Shown here: positions 50,371 to 60,699 of the stretch, piece by piece
How positions within the stretch are numbered: position 1 is the stretch's first letter
Layout: every line of letters begins with the position of its first letter
Assembly: GCF_034111225.1 (NCBI RefSeq)
Contig: NZ_JAWUXR010000014.1
Span: 10,102 to 74,101 of the forward strand
DNA: 64,000 nucleotides
Source: Flavobacterium sp.
GTDB taxonomy: Bacteria > Bacteroidota > Bacteroidia > Flavobacteriales > Flavobacteriaceae
Reading direction: 5' to 3'
Program-made: the position numbers and the translations under genes
Notes under the pieces: generated by a model
The model's database searches: none
What the model was told of the DNA's origin: nothing
The model's input: the letters and a program-made list of their open reading frames with translations, nothing else

Positions 50371-53300
50371 TTATTCTTTAATGAATTTTTTAGCTATTTT
50401 TTCTTTATAAGTATTCGTTTCAATTATGAAAAATCCAGTACTTAAAGAACTAACATTAATTTGGCCATTTCTTATTTTTCCTTGTAAAACAAGTTGTCCC
50501 ATAATGTTATAGATTTTATAATCTTCTAAATCTTTACCAATTTGAACATTTAAAATAGCTCCTTTAACAGGATTTGGATAAATTGAGAATGCAATTTCAT
50601 TTTGTGTTTCCGTTGTGGTTGATACATTTGAAATTAATGAAGTTGTTCCAACACAGAAACTTGTTGATTCACTTGCTCCAAAAGTTCCGCCACTTGCAAA
50701 AGTTGTTCCGTTTGAAGTTACAGTATAACTACCATTTCCATAAGAACAACACATTCCGTCTCCATAAGAATCTTTAATTTTAAAAGTATAACAACCAGCA
50801 TCTAAACATTTTGTCACTGTTAACGAAGATCCGTCAGCTTGACTTCCGTATGTTCCTCCTGAGAAAACAACTTGATTACTCGCATTTAAAATTTCCCAAC
50901 TTGTTTCTTCTGGGTAGTTGTCAAATGTCATGTTAATATTTACGTTAGTACAAACTGGAGTAGAAGTAGTAGTTAACGAAACGTCATCTACAGCAATATC
51001 TCCTTGCCAAGTTGTAGCTGTTGTCCCTACGAAACGCAATTGAACTGTGTTTCCGCTGTAACTTGTTAAACTTACATTTGCTGTTAACCAACTGTTTCCT
51101 TGGTTACCCGATTTGCTCCAAATTTCAGTCCAAGTAGTTCCATTATTTGTACTAGCTTCTAATTTTAATGCTCCCATAGTTGATGCGCCATACATGTGGT
51201 ATTTGAAATTAAATACTGCAGATGGAGCATTTGTTAAATTGAAACAAGGTGATTTTAAAATAGTTTTTTTGTTAGAATAGTTAGGGCTTGAAGCTTCCAC
51301 ATATACATAATATGTTCCTTGTGCTGCTGAAGATGGACCTGTGTTACTTGACGGAGTTCCGTTTGCATCTACAATCCAGTCAAAATCATCTGCTGAATCT
51401 TGTGTCCATGCTCCTAAAGTGTTTTCAAATCCTTCAGAGTATGGGAATGTTGAAATAGCTCCAGTACATCCAGAAGAAGAGCCAGTTGTAGTTACGCTTA
51501 CACTATTACTTGAAGCGGAAACATTTCCAGCAACATCTTTTGCTTTAACCGTAAAAGCATAAGTAGTACTTGCAGTTAAACCAGTTATGTTTGCTGAAGT
51601 TGTTGTAACTGTTCCAAGATTTGTAGTTCCTCTGTATACATCATAACCAACAACACCAACATTGTCAGTTGATGCTGTCCAGTTTAAAGTAGTAGTAGTA
51701 CTTGTAGTTCCACTAGCAACTAAGCTTGTTGGCGCTGTTGGCGCTTGTGTATCTGTAGCGCCTTGGTAAGCACTACCAATTCCTACAGCATAAAATGCAT
51801 TTGTAGTAGCAATTGTTTCGGCAGAAGTTGCACCGTATAAATCAGTAGCAGCTTGAATTCCATAGGTTCTTGCATTGGCAAAAGTAGAGTTAGCAGATAA
51901 ATAAACACTTTCTAAACGATAAGCAATATTAGCAGCTTTGTCCATCCCTATTCCCGTTACACTATAAGAACTTCCTATGTCATTTGTTCCTGATTTCCCT
52001 TGAACTAAAATATAAAACCAGTGGTTTAACACTCCTGAATTTGTATGTACCCCGCAGTAATCATTACTTTGTGTAGGAGTTCCACAATTTGGGTTTTGCC
52101 AATAAGTACCTCCGTAAGTATCAGGTTGTCCTTCACTTTTCGGATTGCTCATTGAACGTAAAGCCAAATGTCCAGAACGTCTTTCAATATCTTCGCCAAT
52201 TAACCAAGTGCTTTTTGTAGGCGCTGCATAATATTCAACAGCAGCTCCCCAAATATCTGAAAAACCTTCATTCATAGCGCCAGATTCTCTTTGGTATGCT
52301 AAATTAGCTGTGTAAGTACAAACTGCATGCCCTATTTCATGTGCAGCAACGTCTAATGATGTAAGAATATCAAAATAAGTGCCACTTCCATCACCATAAG
52401 TCATTCGAGAACCATCCCAAAATGCATTGTCATAATTCGAACTATAATGAACATAACTATTAATTGCCGCTCCAGAATTATTATAACTATTGCGATTGTG
52501 TTTTGTCATTAAATAATCGTAAGTCATTTCTGCTCCCCAATGTGCATCTAAAGCACCATTGTCTTTATTAGCCGAATGTTCTGATGTTGTCCAGTTGTTG
52601 TCATTATCTGTAAAGTTCACAGCTGAATTATAATTAGTCCCCGTATTTAAGTCATAAGTATTCACCCCACTACCACGCGTAGCGTCTTTTAAAACATAAC
52701 TAGAGCCAGAAAGAGTTGTTTGAATAGTTCTTGAACCACTATAACGAGTTGCCGCTGTTCCAGACACTAAGGCATCAAAGCCGGTTACTATTTTACTGGT
52801 TTCTTCTTGAGTTAATAAATTGTCACATTTAGTACCTTTATTAAATAGTGAAGAAGAATAACCAAAATGAGTTGCGTGCTTTATAGTAGCATTATAAAAC
52901 AAAACATCTCCAGTTTGAGCATCTACATAAACATCGCCTCTGCTTAAAGGTTGTGTTGCATAAATATCAAATTTATAAGCTAGTTTTAAATTTGAGGCAT
53001 CTGATAACTTTTGTGAATTATCATTAAAAATCGGTAATAAAACTAGTTCTCCTTGAGGTTTTTTGTAATTATCTAATTTTGCAGCTTCTGAAGCATTGTC
53101 CCAAAGATATTGTGTTGCATTAAGATGTTGTGTTGCTTTTTGTAATGCATCTTGAGCAGTGATTTCTGGAACAAGTGAAACTGAATTAGTTTTATACATT
53201 TCGCCGTTCATAGCGGTTATTTTACCATTTTTTGAATGTAAAGTATAAGTAGCAAATTCAACTTTAACCCCATTTTGATAGATTTGGTATTTATCATGTT

Positions 53301-53559
53301 TAAAACCTAATTTATCAGTTTCGGTATATATTTTTAAAAATTGAGTTCCGTCCTGAATTTTAAATTGTTCTTTAAATACTTTTTCAAAGTCATTAGACTT
53401 ATAAACTGAACTTTCATTAAACGACAAATAACTTATTTGCCCAAAAGCATCTGTTTTTTTAAGCTTAATGTTTTTGTCTGCTTCTTGTGCAAAGGTTGCG
53501 CAAGAAAACAATGAAAATGCTGTAAACAAGGCAATTTTCTTGTGTAAATTTTTTCCCAT
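50371..53559 (-). CDS. M4 thermolysin-like metalloprotease with FTP/PepSY propeptide, Fn3, MAM-like domain and T9SS CTD
   Basis: HEIGH, NEGFSD, GVHTNSG; DTQAPTAP Fn3; WIVDANGTPSSNTGPS MAM-like; IYPNPVKG...KKFIKE. Confidence 0.93.
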   Translation of the reverse strand: MGKNLHKKIALFTAFSLFSCATFAQEADKNIKLKKTDAFGQISYLSFNESSVYKSNDFEKVFKEQFKIQDGTQFLKIYTETDKLGFKHDKYQIYQNGVKVEFATYTLHSKNGKITAMNGEMYKTNSVSLVPEITAQDALQKATQHLNATQYLWDNASEAAKLDNYKKPQGELVLLPIFNDNSQKLSDASNLKLAYKFDIYATQPLSRGDVYVDAQTGDVLFYNATIKHATHFGYSSSLFNKGTKCDNLLTQEETSKIVTGFDALVSGTAATRYSGSRTIQTTLSGSSYVLKDATRGSGVNTYDLNTGTNYNSAVNFTDNDNNWTTSEHSANKDNGALDAHWGAEMTYDYLMTKHNRNSYNNSGAAINSYVHYSSNYDNAFWDGSRMTYGDGSGTYFDILTSLDVAAHEIGHAVCTYTANLAYQRESGAMNEGFSDIWGAAVEYYAAPTKSTWLIGEDIERRSGHLALRSMSNPKSEGQPDTYGGTYWQNPNCGTPTQSNDYCGVHTNSGVLNHWFYILVQGKSGTNDIGSSYSVTGIGMDKAANIAYRLESVYLSANSTFANARTYGIQAATDLYGATSAETIATTNAFYAVGIGSAYQGATDTQAPTAPTSLVASGTTSTTTTLNWTASTDNVGVVGYDVYRGTTNLGTVTTTSANITGLTASTTYAFTVKAKDVAGNVSASSNSVSVTTTGSSSGCTGAISTFPYSEGFENTLGAWTQDSADDFDWIVDANGTPSSNTGPSSAAQGTYYVYVEASSPNYSNKKTILKSPCFNLTNAPSAVFNFKYHMYGASTMGALKLEASTNNGTTWTEIWSKSGNQGNSWLTANVSLTSYSGNTVQLRFVGTTATTWQGDIAVDDVSLTTTSTPVCTNVNINMTFDNYPEETSWEILNASNQVVFSGGTYGSQADGSSLTVTKCLDAGCYTFKIKDSYGDGMCCSYGNGSYTVTSNGTTFASGGTFGASESTSFCVGTTSLISNVSTTTETQNEIAFSIYPNPVKGAILNVQIGKDLEDYKIYNIMGQLVLQGKIRNGQINVSSLSTGFFIIETNTYKEKIAKKFIKE

Positions 53560-53679
53560 AATTAGTAGTTAATGTTAAAATTGGTTTGAATTTCAAATAT
53601 ATCTACACTAGTTGGTAAAAATTTACAGAATAATCATAAAAAATGTTAAAATTTAATAAATAATAAAAATTACTAAACA

Positions 53680-53707
53680 AAAAACCCTGCAATATTGCAG
53701 GGTTTTT
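53680..53707 (-). terminator. terminator after scoB, perfect 28-bp palindrome
   Basis: AAAAACCCTGCAAT|ATTGCAGGGTTTTT. Confidence 0.85.
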
Positions 53708-53728
53708 AATTTTCACTTTATAAGTAAG

Positions 53729-54385
53729 TTAGAAACTCATTTCAGGTATATTACCTTCAATAATTAAAGTTCCTTCTGTTGCTTTTTTAATTTCTTCAAC
53801 ACTAACACCAGGAGCTCTTTCTAAAAGCTTAAACCCTTTGTCAGTGATTTCTAATACTGCTAATTCCGTTACTACTTTTTTTACACAACCAACACCAGTT
53901 AATGGTAAGCTACATTTTTTAAGTAATTTAGATTCACCTGCTTTATTCACGTGCATCATAGCTACAATAATGTTTTCAGCAGAAGCTACCAGGTCCATAG
54001 CGCCACCCATACCTTTTACCATTTTTCCAGGAATTTTCCAGTTGGCAATATCACCATTTTCTGAAACTTCCATTGCGCCAAGAATTGTTAAATCAACTTT
54101 TTGGCTTCTTATCATTCCAAAACTAAAAGCAGAGTCAAAAAAACTTGCTCCCGGTAATGTTGTTATGGTTTGTTTTCCTGCATTTATAATATCGGCATCT
54201 TCTTCTCCTTCAAAAGGGAAAGGCCCCATTCCTAGAACACCATTTTCACTTTGAAATTCTACAGAAATATCAGTTCGAACATAATTTGCGACTAAAGTTG
54301 GTATTCCTATTCCAAGGTTTACATAATAACCATCTTTTACTTCTTTTGCTATTCGCTGCGCAATTTGATTTTTATCTAAAGCCAT
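53729..54385 (-). CDS. scoB: 3-oxoacid CoA-transferase subunit B
   Basis: NLGIGIPTLV, QSENG (catalytic Glu), GMGGAMDLV; start at MALDK. Confidence 0.95.
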   Translation of the reverse strand: MALDKNQIAQRIAKEVKDGYYVNLGIGIPTLVANYVRTDISVEFQSENGVLGMGPFPFEGEEDADIINAGKQTITTLPGASFFDSAFSFGMIRSQKVDLTILGAMEVSENGDIANWKIPGKMVKGMGGAMDLVASAENIIVAMMHVNKAGESKLLKKCSLPLTGVGCVKKVVTELAVLEITDKGFKLLERAPGVSVEEIKKATEGTLIIEGNIPEMSF

Positions 54386-54386
54386 T

Positions 54387-55088
54387 TTATTCTTTTTTTC
54401 TTGTGGTACGTTGCTCAATTCTTTTTTCAAACTTTTCTCCTTGGAAAATTCTGTTTACCATGATTCCTGGAATATGAATTTCATTTGGATCTAAAGTTCC
54501 TGCAGGTACTAATTCTTCTACTTCTGCAATAGTAATTTTAGCAGCTCCAGCCATGCAAGCATTGAAGTTACGTGCTGTTCCTTTGAAAATTAAATTTCCA
54601 GCTTCGTCACCTTTCCATGCTTTAACAATAGAGAAATCAGCTTTGTAAGCTAATTCTAAAATATGTTTTTTACCATCAAATTCTCTTACTTCTTTTCCTT
54701 CAGCAACTTCAGTTCCATAACCTGCTGGTGTAAAAAATGCTGGAATACCTGCTTGAGCAGCACGGCATTTTTCTGCTAATGTACCTTGAGGAGTTAATTC
54801 TACATCTAGTTCTCCTGAAAGCATTTGACGTTCAAATTCTGCGTTTTCTCCAACATATGAAGAAATCATCTTTTTAATTTGTTTCTTTTGTAATAATAAA
54901 CCTAATCCAAAATCATCTACACCTGCATTATTTGAAATACAAGTAAGCTCTTTAGTATTTAGTTTTACTAATTGTGCGATACTATTTTCTGGAATTCCAC
55001 AAAGGCCAAAACCACCTAACATGATAGTCATTTTGTCTTGAATACCTTCTAAAGCTTCCTGAACATTATTAACTTTTCTGCTTATCAT
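54387..55088 (-). CDS. scoA: 3-oxoacid CoA-transferase subunit A
   Basis: [29 protein letters not shown]. Confidence 0.95.
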   Translation of the reverse strand: MISRKVNNVQEALEGIQDKMTIMLGGFGLCGIPENSIAQLVKLNTKELTCISNNAGVDDFGLGLLLQKKQIKKMISSYVGENAEFERQMLSGELDVELTPQGTLAEKCRAAQAGIPAFFTPAGYGTEVAEGKEVREFDGKKHILELAYKADFSIVKAWKGDEAGNLIFKGTARNFNACMAGAAKITIAEVEELVPAGTLDPNEIHIPGIMVNRIFQGEKFEKRIEQRTTRKKE

Positions 55089-55106
55089 TTTTTTCTTTTT
55101 AATATA

Positions 55107-57392
55107 TTATAATCCAAATTCGTCCATGTCTGGTTCATCAATTTTAGTTGAATCGACTTGTGGTTTTTTCCAACAATCTACTTTTATGGATAATTTTGCA
55201 GGTCTATCAAACTCCGCTTTTGATACATTTAAATCAGGATCTTTATAACATTTTTTCATAAATAAACCCCAAATAGGTAATGCCATAGTTGCACCTTGAC
55301 CGTAAAAAGTTGATCTAAAGTGAGCCGAACGATCGTCGTTTCCAACCCATACTCCAGCAGCTAAATTGGGAACCATTCCTACGAACCATCCATCACTATT
55401 GTTCTGAGTAGTTCCTGTTTTACCAGCAATTGGATTTGAAAAACTATAGTCATAATTTCTAAAACCTGCACCACCCCAACGAAGTCTCTTACCAGAACCA
55501 TCTTCGGTAACACCTTCTAATAACTTTAAAATAGCATAGGCAACATCTGTATTTACTACATCTTTGCTTACAGGTACAATTTGGTCAATAACCACATCGT
55601 TCTTATCAGCAATTTTAGTTACAAATGTAGGCTTTACATAAACTCCTTGGTTTGCAAATGTACTATATGCGGCTACCATTTCTTCTACAGTAATTTCTAC
55701 AGCACCTAATGCAATAGCTGGTCTTTCTGGAATTTCAGAAGTTACTCCTAATTCATGAACCATATCAACAACTGTTTTTGGCCCAATTCTATCCATTAAT
55801 TTTGCTGAAATTGTATTTACAGAATTTGCTAAAGCACTCTTCAAAGTAATAAGTCCTCTAAATTTTCCATCAGAATTTTGTGGAGACCAAGCTTCGTCAA
55901 TTCCCCATTTTCCTTTTGGCATTGTAAATGGTGTGTCTATAATAGAATCACAAGGAGACATGCCTAATTGTTCAATTGCAGTTGCATAAACAAAAGGCTT
56001 AAATGTTGACCCAACTTGTCTTGCACCTTGCCCTACATGGTCGTATTGAAAATGCTTATAGTCTATTCCGCCAACCCATGCTTTAATATGTCCGGTTTGT
56101 GGCTCCATTGCCATCATACCCGTTTGTAAAATATGCTTGTAGTATAAAATAGAATCTTTAGGAGTCATTATAGTATCTCTTTCGCCTGCCCAAGAAAATA
56201 TTTTCATTTTTGTTTTTACATCAAACGATTTAATAATTTCATCTTCAGTTTTGCCATCACCTTTAAGTAACCTCCATCTTTCAGAAGATTTCATAGCATT
56301 TTTTAAAATACTATTTGTTTGATCGTCGGAAATGTTTACGAAAGGCGCATTCTTTTTACCTTTAGCATTTTTAAAAAATTCAGCTTGAAGATTCGGAAGG
56401 TGTTCTGCAACCGCTTCTTCAGCATATTTTTGCATTCGGGAGTCAATAGTTGTATATATTTTTAAACCATCTCTATAGATATCATATTCAGTACCATCTT
56501 CTTTAGGATGGTCTTTTACCCATTTTTTCATATAGTCACGCAAATATTCTCTAAAATAAGTGGCGCTTCCTTCACTATGACTTTCTGGTTTGAAATCTAA
56601 AACAATAGGTTCTTTTTCTAATTTTTCTTTTTCTTCTTTTGAAAGCAAGTCGTTTTTTACCATTTGACCTAAAACGGTATTTCTTCTGTCTGTTACTCTT
56701 TGAATTCTTTTTTCTCTATTTGGGTTATAAAGAGATGGGTTTTTTAGCATTCCAACGAATACGGCTGCTTCATTTATTGTTAAATCTTTAGGTTCTTTAT
56801 TAAAATAAATTTTAGAAGCAGAACGAATTCCTACTGCTCCGTTTACGAAATCTACTTCATTTAGATACATTGCAAGAATTTCTTTTTTTGCATATTGACG
56901 CTCTAAACGTACAGCAATAACCCATTCTTTTATTTTTTGGAGAACTCTTAAAACAATATTTTTTGATCCATCAGCACCATGAAACAGGTTTTTAGCTAAC
57001 TGTTGTGTAATTGTACTTGCACCACCACTGCTACCTAATGTAAGTGCTGCTCTAAATGTTCCTTTAGCATCAATTCCTGAATGTTCGTAAAAACGCTCAT
57101 CTTCAGTAGCAACTAATGCATCTACAAGGTGTTTAGGTAAGTCGGTATATTTTACGGGCACTCTATTTTCTAAATAAAACTTCCCAATTACCTCACCGTC
57201 TGATGAAATAATTTCGGTTGCAACATTTGAATCTGGATTTTCTAATTTTTCAAAACTTGGCATTTCACCAAAGAATCCCCATGAAGCAAATAAGAATAAT
57301 AAAATTACACCTATTACACCACATAAAAACAACTTCCAAAAGGTTTTAATATATTTTGAAAAGTCTTGTTTATTAGTTTGATTCTTTGCCAT
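55107..57392 (-). CDS. mrcA: penicillin-binding protein 1A
   Basis: TEDERFYEH transglycosylase, GASTITQQLAK, STFK (SxxK), SVN, KTG. Confidence 0.95.
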   Translation of the reverse strand: MAKNQTNKQDFSKYIKTFWKLFLCGVIGVILLFLFASWGFFGEMPSFEKLENPDSNVATEIISSDGEVIGKFYLENRVPVKYTDLPKHLVDALVATEDERFYEHSGIDAKGTFRAALTLGSSGGASTITQQLAKNLFHGADGSKNIVLRVLQKIKEWVIAVRLERQYAKKEILAMYLNEVDFVNGAVGIRSASKIYFNKEPKDLTINEAAVFVGMLKNPSLYNPNREKRIQRVTDRRNTVLGQMVKNDLLSKEEKEKLEKEPIVLDFKPESHSEGSATYFREYLRDYMKKWVKDHPKEDGTEYDIYRDGLKIYTTIDSRMQKYAEEAVAEHLPNLQAEFFKNAKGKKNAPFVNISDDQTNSILKNAMKSSERWRLLKGDGKTEDEIIKSFDVKTKMKIFSWAGERDTIMTPKDSILYYKHILQTGMMAMEPQTGHIKAWVGGIDYKHFQYDHVGQGARQVGSTFKPFVYATAIEQLGMSPCDSIIDTPFTMPKGKWGIDEAWSPQNSDGKFRGLITLKSALANSVNTISAKLMDRIGPKTVVDMVHELGVTSEIPERPAIALGAVEITVEEMVAAYSTFANQGVYVKPTFVTKIADKNDVVIDQIVPVSKDVVNTDVAYAILKLLEGVTEDGSGKRLRWGGAGFRNYDYSFSNPIAGKTGTTQNNSDGWFVGMVPNLAAGVWVGNDDRSAHFRSTFYGQGATMALPIWGLFMKKCYKDPDLNVSKAEFDRPAKLSIKVDCWKKPQVDSTKIDEPDMDEFGL

Positions 57393-57395
57393 AAT

Positions 57396-57887
57396 TTATT
57401 TGATTTTTTCTATTCTAAACCCAAGGTCTATAATTCCTTTTAAGTTCTCAACACCTTTAACTTCACCGGTTTCTCTTACGGCTTGTGAAATAGAGATATT
57501 ATATTTTCCGTTTTTTTTAAAAACAAATCCTTCTTGATACCAAAGCTTACTTTCTTTAACATCAGAAAAGCCTTCTCCCATTAATGAGCCATCTGGGTTG
57601 GCCATTAAATATTCTAGAGTATCGGTCTTAACCAAATTATCAGGTTGTTTTAATGATACAATTAAATATAAATTATTGTAAGGGTAATCATTATTACTTC
57701 TTACGTTCAAGAATAAATTAAAAGGATTAATAGTGTCATTCTGTTCAAATGAAAAATTAATGGTATCTGTTTTTTTCCATGAACCATTAATATTTTCATA
57801 TTTGTCAAACACCCTGTCTTCGTCACAAGAAATGAAAGTTAGGGCAACTAATAGTATAAAAACAAACTTATTTTTTCTTAATAACAT
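57396..57887 (-). CDS. gldH: gliding motility lipoprotein GldH
   Basis: Lipobox FISC, YPYNNLYLIV, DTLEYLMA, G.Y...ISQAVR; start set at MLLRK. Confidence 0.9.
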   Translation of the reverse strand: MLLRKNKFVFILLVALTFISCDEDRVFDKYENINGSWKKTDTINFSFEQNDTINPFNLFLNVRSNNDYPYNNLYLIVSLKQPDNLVKTDTLEYLMANPDGSLMGEGFSDVKESKLWYQEGFVFKKNGKYNISISQAVRETGEVKGVENLKGIIDLGFRIEKIK

Positions 57888-59031
57888 TTTTGCTAATAGT
57901 TGGTTTAGTTCTTTTTTTATTTTTAGTGCTTTTCTTTTTTGGTTTGTCAAAACGAGTTAAACTGTCTTGTCCTACAACGTTCTGATAGTTTTCTGCATTT
58001 GCTTTTGGTTGCTCAATTACAAAATCTTCAATAGCTAAAACTTTTTTCTTTTCTTTGTTAGATTCAATAATTTCTTTTACCTGTTTTACCGATAAAATAT
58101 GCCATTGCGAAGATTGATTTTCATAAGAAAACCACATCAATTCTTTAAAAATATCTATTTTCTGACAAACAGCAGTTCCTTTTTCTGTATAAAGCTTAGT
58201 GTCCATATCTGGAATGCTTTTTAAAGCATCTAAATATGTGTCTAACTCGTAATTTAAACAACATTTAAGTTTTCCACATTGTCCCGCAAGCTTTTGAGGA
58301 TTTAAAGAAAGTTGTTGGTAACGTGCAGCAGCAGTGTTTACACTTCTAAAGTCGGTTAACCATGTAGAACAACATAATTCTCTTCCGCATGAACCAATTC
58401 CTCCAAGACGCGCTGCTTCTTGACGAAACCCAACTTGCTTCATTTCTATTCTTATTTTGAATTCTTGTGCAAATTCTTTAATAAGTTGTCTGAAATCTAC
58501 TCTATCGTTTGCAGTATAGTAAAATGTAGCTTTAGAAGCATCTCCTTGAAATTCAATATCAGAAATTTTCATTTCTAATTTTAGAGAAATGGCTAATTCA
58601 CGTGCTTTTACTTTTACTTTTTCTTCTTTTGCACGAGAGTCACTCCAGATATCAATGTCTTTTTGAGAAGCTTTCCTGTAAACCTTAGGGACTTCACCTT
58701 TTGGATCAACATGCTTTTTTTTCATTTGAATTTTAACTAATTCTCCTGAAAGGCTTATAATACCAATGTCATGCCCTGGGGAAGATTCAGTAGCTACAAT
58801 ATCACCAATAGACAAGGGTAGCTTTTCTGTGTTTCTATAAAACTCTTTACGTCCATTTTTGAAACGCACTTCAACACAATCAAAAGGCTCTTGGCCTTGT
58901 GGTAAGCTCATGTTTGAAAGCCAATCGAAAACAGTTAATTTGTTGCAGCTATCGGTGCCGCAAGTCCCATTATTTTTACATCCTTTTGGAGCGCCACCAT
59001 CGGTCCCCGTAGAACAGTTTGTACATGCCAT
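57868..59031 (-). CDS. ricT: PSP1/RicT domain protein
   Basis: EVRFKNGRKEFY, FYYTANDRVDFRQL, GGIGSCGRELCCS, KLAGQCGKLKCCLNYE. Confidence 0.9.
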   Translation of the reverse strand: MACTNCSTGTDGGAPKGCKNNGTCGTDSCNKLTVFDWLSNMSLPQGQEPFDCVEVRFKNGRKEFYRNTEKLPLSIGDIVATESSPGHDIGIISLSGELVKIQMKKKHVDPKGEVPKVYRKASQKDIDIWSDSRAKEEKVKVKARELAISLKLEMKISDIEFQGDASKATFYYTANDRVDFRQLIKEFAQEFKIRIEMKQVGFRQEAARLGGIGSCGRELCCSTWLTDFRSVNTAAARYQQLSLNPQKLAGQCGKLKCCLNYELDTYLDALKSIPDMDTKLYTEKGTAVCQKIDIFKELMWFSYENQSSQWHILSVKQVKEIIESNKEKKKVLAIEDFVIEQPKANAENYQNVVGQDSLTRFDKPKKKSTKNKKRTKPTISKNVIKKK

Positions 59032-59143
59032 AATTTTGAATATATAGTGATTGTTCTGTTTAAATCAGAACTACTTTTCTTTAAAACGTATTTGTTCGTA
59101 AAGATAGTATATTTTTCGACTTTTAATAAACGATATAAAATAC

Positions 59144-59176
59144 AAAGTCTGTTTCTTTTATAGAGAAACAGACTTT
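59144..59176 (-). terminator. terminator after trhO
   Basis: AAAGTCTGTTTCT...AGAAACAGACTTT inverted repeat. Confidence 0.8.
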
Positions 59177-59198
59177 AAAACGATTTATTCACTTTGTA

Positions 59199-60554
59199 TT
59201 AGTTCAAAATCTTATATAATTTATCCGATAAACGAATTCTAAAAGGAATTTCAAAAGTGATTTGATCTCCTTTTTTTGCTGTTTCAGAAGATTTTCCATC
59301 TACGAAAAGATTAGTGATTGTTAATTCTTGCTCGCCCGTTGTAGGTCCAGAAATAAGGATTTTATCACCAATAGTAAGTTCTTTATTTTCAATTAAAAAC
59401 TGTGCAACTTTAGATTTCGTAAAATAATGTTCCGCTTTTCCAACCAATACTTTTTTGATGGTAATTTTTTGGCGAATATTTTTTGAAGTAGCTTTTGCTA
59501 ATGGTTTGTTAGGTAATTCGCCTGAGTTTTTAAATTTCAAAGCTTCGGATTTTCCTTTTCGGAAAACTTTATTTCCAACTTGCGCTCCTTTTCTTAGCTT
59601 TACTTGTTCCGCTAGTGGTAAATGTGTTGTTTCTAAACATTCTGTAGAGCAACAGTTTTCCATAGCAGCTTGACATTCGTCACATTGTATGAATAACAAA
59701 TGACAACCGTCATTAAAACAATTGGTGTGATTATCACAAGGTTTTCCACATTGATGACATTGCGAAACGATATCGTCTGTAATTCGTTCGCCTAATCTAT
59801 GGTCAAACACGAAGTTCTTACCTAAAAATTTGCTTTCAATTTTATCTTCTTTTATTTGACGTGTGTATTCAATAATTCCACCTTCCAGTTGATATACGTT
59901 TTTAAAACCTTGGTGTTTAAAATAAGCACTGGCTTTTTCACAACGAATTCCACCTGTACAATACATTAAAAGATTTTTATCTTCTTTATGATTTTGTAAT
60001 TGTTTGTTGATGATAGGTAAACTTTCTCTAAAGGTTTCCACATCTGGAGTTATAGCGCCTTTAAAGTGACCTACTTCACTTTCGTAGTGATTTCTAAAAT
60101 CAACAACAATAGTATTTGGGTCTTCTAGTAAATTATTGAATTCTTGCGCTTTTAAATGAATTCCTTTGTTGGTTACATCAAAAGTATCGTCGTTTAAACC
60201 GTCGGCAACAATTTTATGACGGACTTTTATGGTAAGTTTTAAAAAAGAATGGTCGTCTTGATCCACTGCAACATTTAGTCGAATGCCTTGCATGAATTCA
60301 TAGGCTTCTAGAGTTTCTTTAAAAGCTTCAAAATTATCTGCAGGAATACTCATTTGAGCATTAATTCCTTCATGAGCTACGTAAATACGACCTAGCGCAT
60401 CAAGTGCGTTCCAAGCTATAAATAATTCGTCGCGAAATTTTTTAGGATCTTCAATTTTGGCATACGCATAGAAAGATAGTGTAAGACGTTGCTCACCAGC
60501 TTCATCAATAAGTTGAGCTCTTTCTTCTGCGCTTAAGGTGTTGTACAGTTGCAT
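59199..60554 (-). CDS. trhO: oxygen-dependent tRNA uridine(34) hydroxylase (YceA/UPF0176 rhodanese) with C-terminal extension
   Basis: GRIYVAHEGINAQ, DFRNHYE, MYCTGGIRCEKAS, LEGGII, NFVFD; -7 element at 60589-60596. Confidence 0.9.
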   Translation of the reverse strand: MQLYNTLSAEERAQLIDEAGEQRLTLSFYAYAKIEDPKKFRDELFIAWNALDALGRIYVAHEGINAQMSIPADNFEAFKETLEAYEFMQGIRLNVAVDQDDHSFLKLTIKVRHKIVADGLNDDTFDVTNKGIHLKAQEFNNLLEDPNTIVVDFRNHYESEVGHFKGAITPDVETFRESLPIINKQLQNHKEDKNLLMYCTGGIRCEKASAYFKHQGFKNVYQLEGGIIEYTRQIKEDKIESKFLGKNFVFDHRLGERITDDIVSQCHQCGKPCDNHTNCFNDGCHLLFIQCDECQAAMENCCSTECLETTHLPLAEQVKLRKGAQVGNKVFRKGKSEALKFKNSGELPNKPLAKATSKNIRQKITIKKVLVGKAEHYFTKSKVAQFLIENKELTIGDKILISGPTTGEQELTITNLFVDGKSSETAKKGDQITFEIPFRIRLSDKLYKILN

Positions 60555-60699
60555 GCTATAAACAGTTTAAGTGAGAAAAATATTTTTACAAAGGTATGAT
60601 TTTTTATAAATTAGACAAAATATAGAGTTAAAAGGAAACATATTAACAATATTTGTTTGCCTAAAAAAAAGCAGTATTTTTACAAAAAATAAAGAGAAG

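Noticed and set aside
54386-54430. Longer ScoB start
   Set aside because: Overlaps scoA; ATG 54385 directly follows the scoA stop
53838-54477. Antisense ORFs over scoB and scoA
   Set aside because: Shadow frames of conserved genes
57888-57950. Longer GldH start
   Set aside because: Lies deep within ricT; ATG 57887 gives a normal lipoprotein signal
60600-60699. SOS-box-like imperfect inverted repeat upstream of recA
   Set aside because: AT-rich and imperfect; matches no LexA motif I can support
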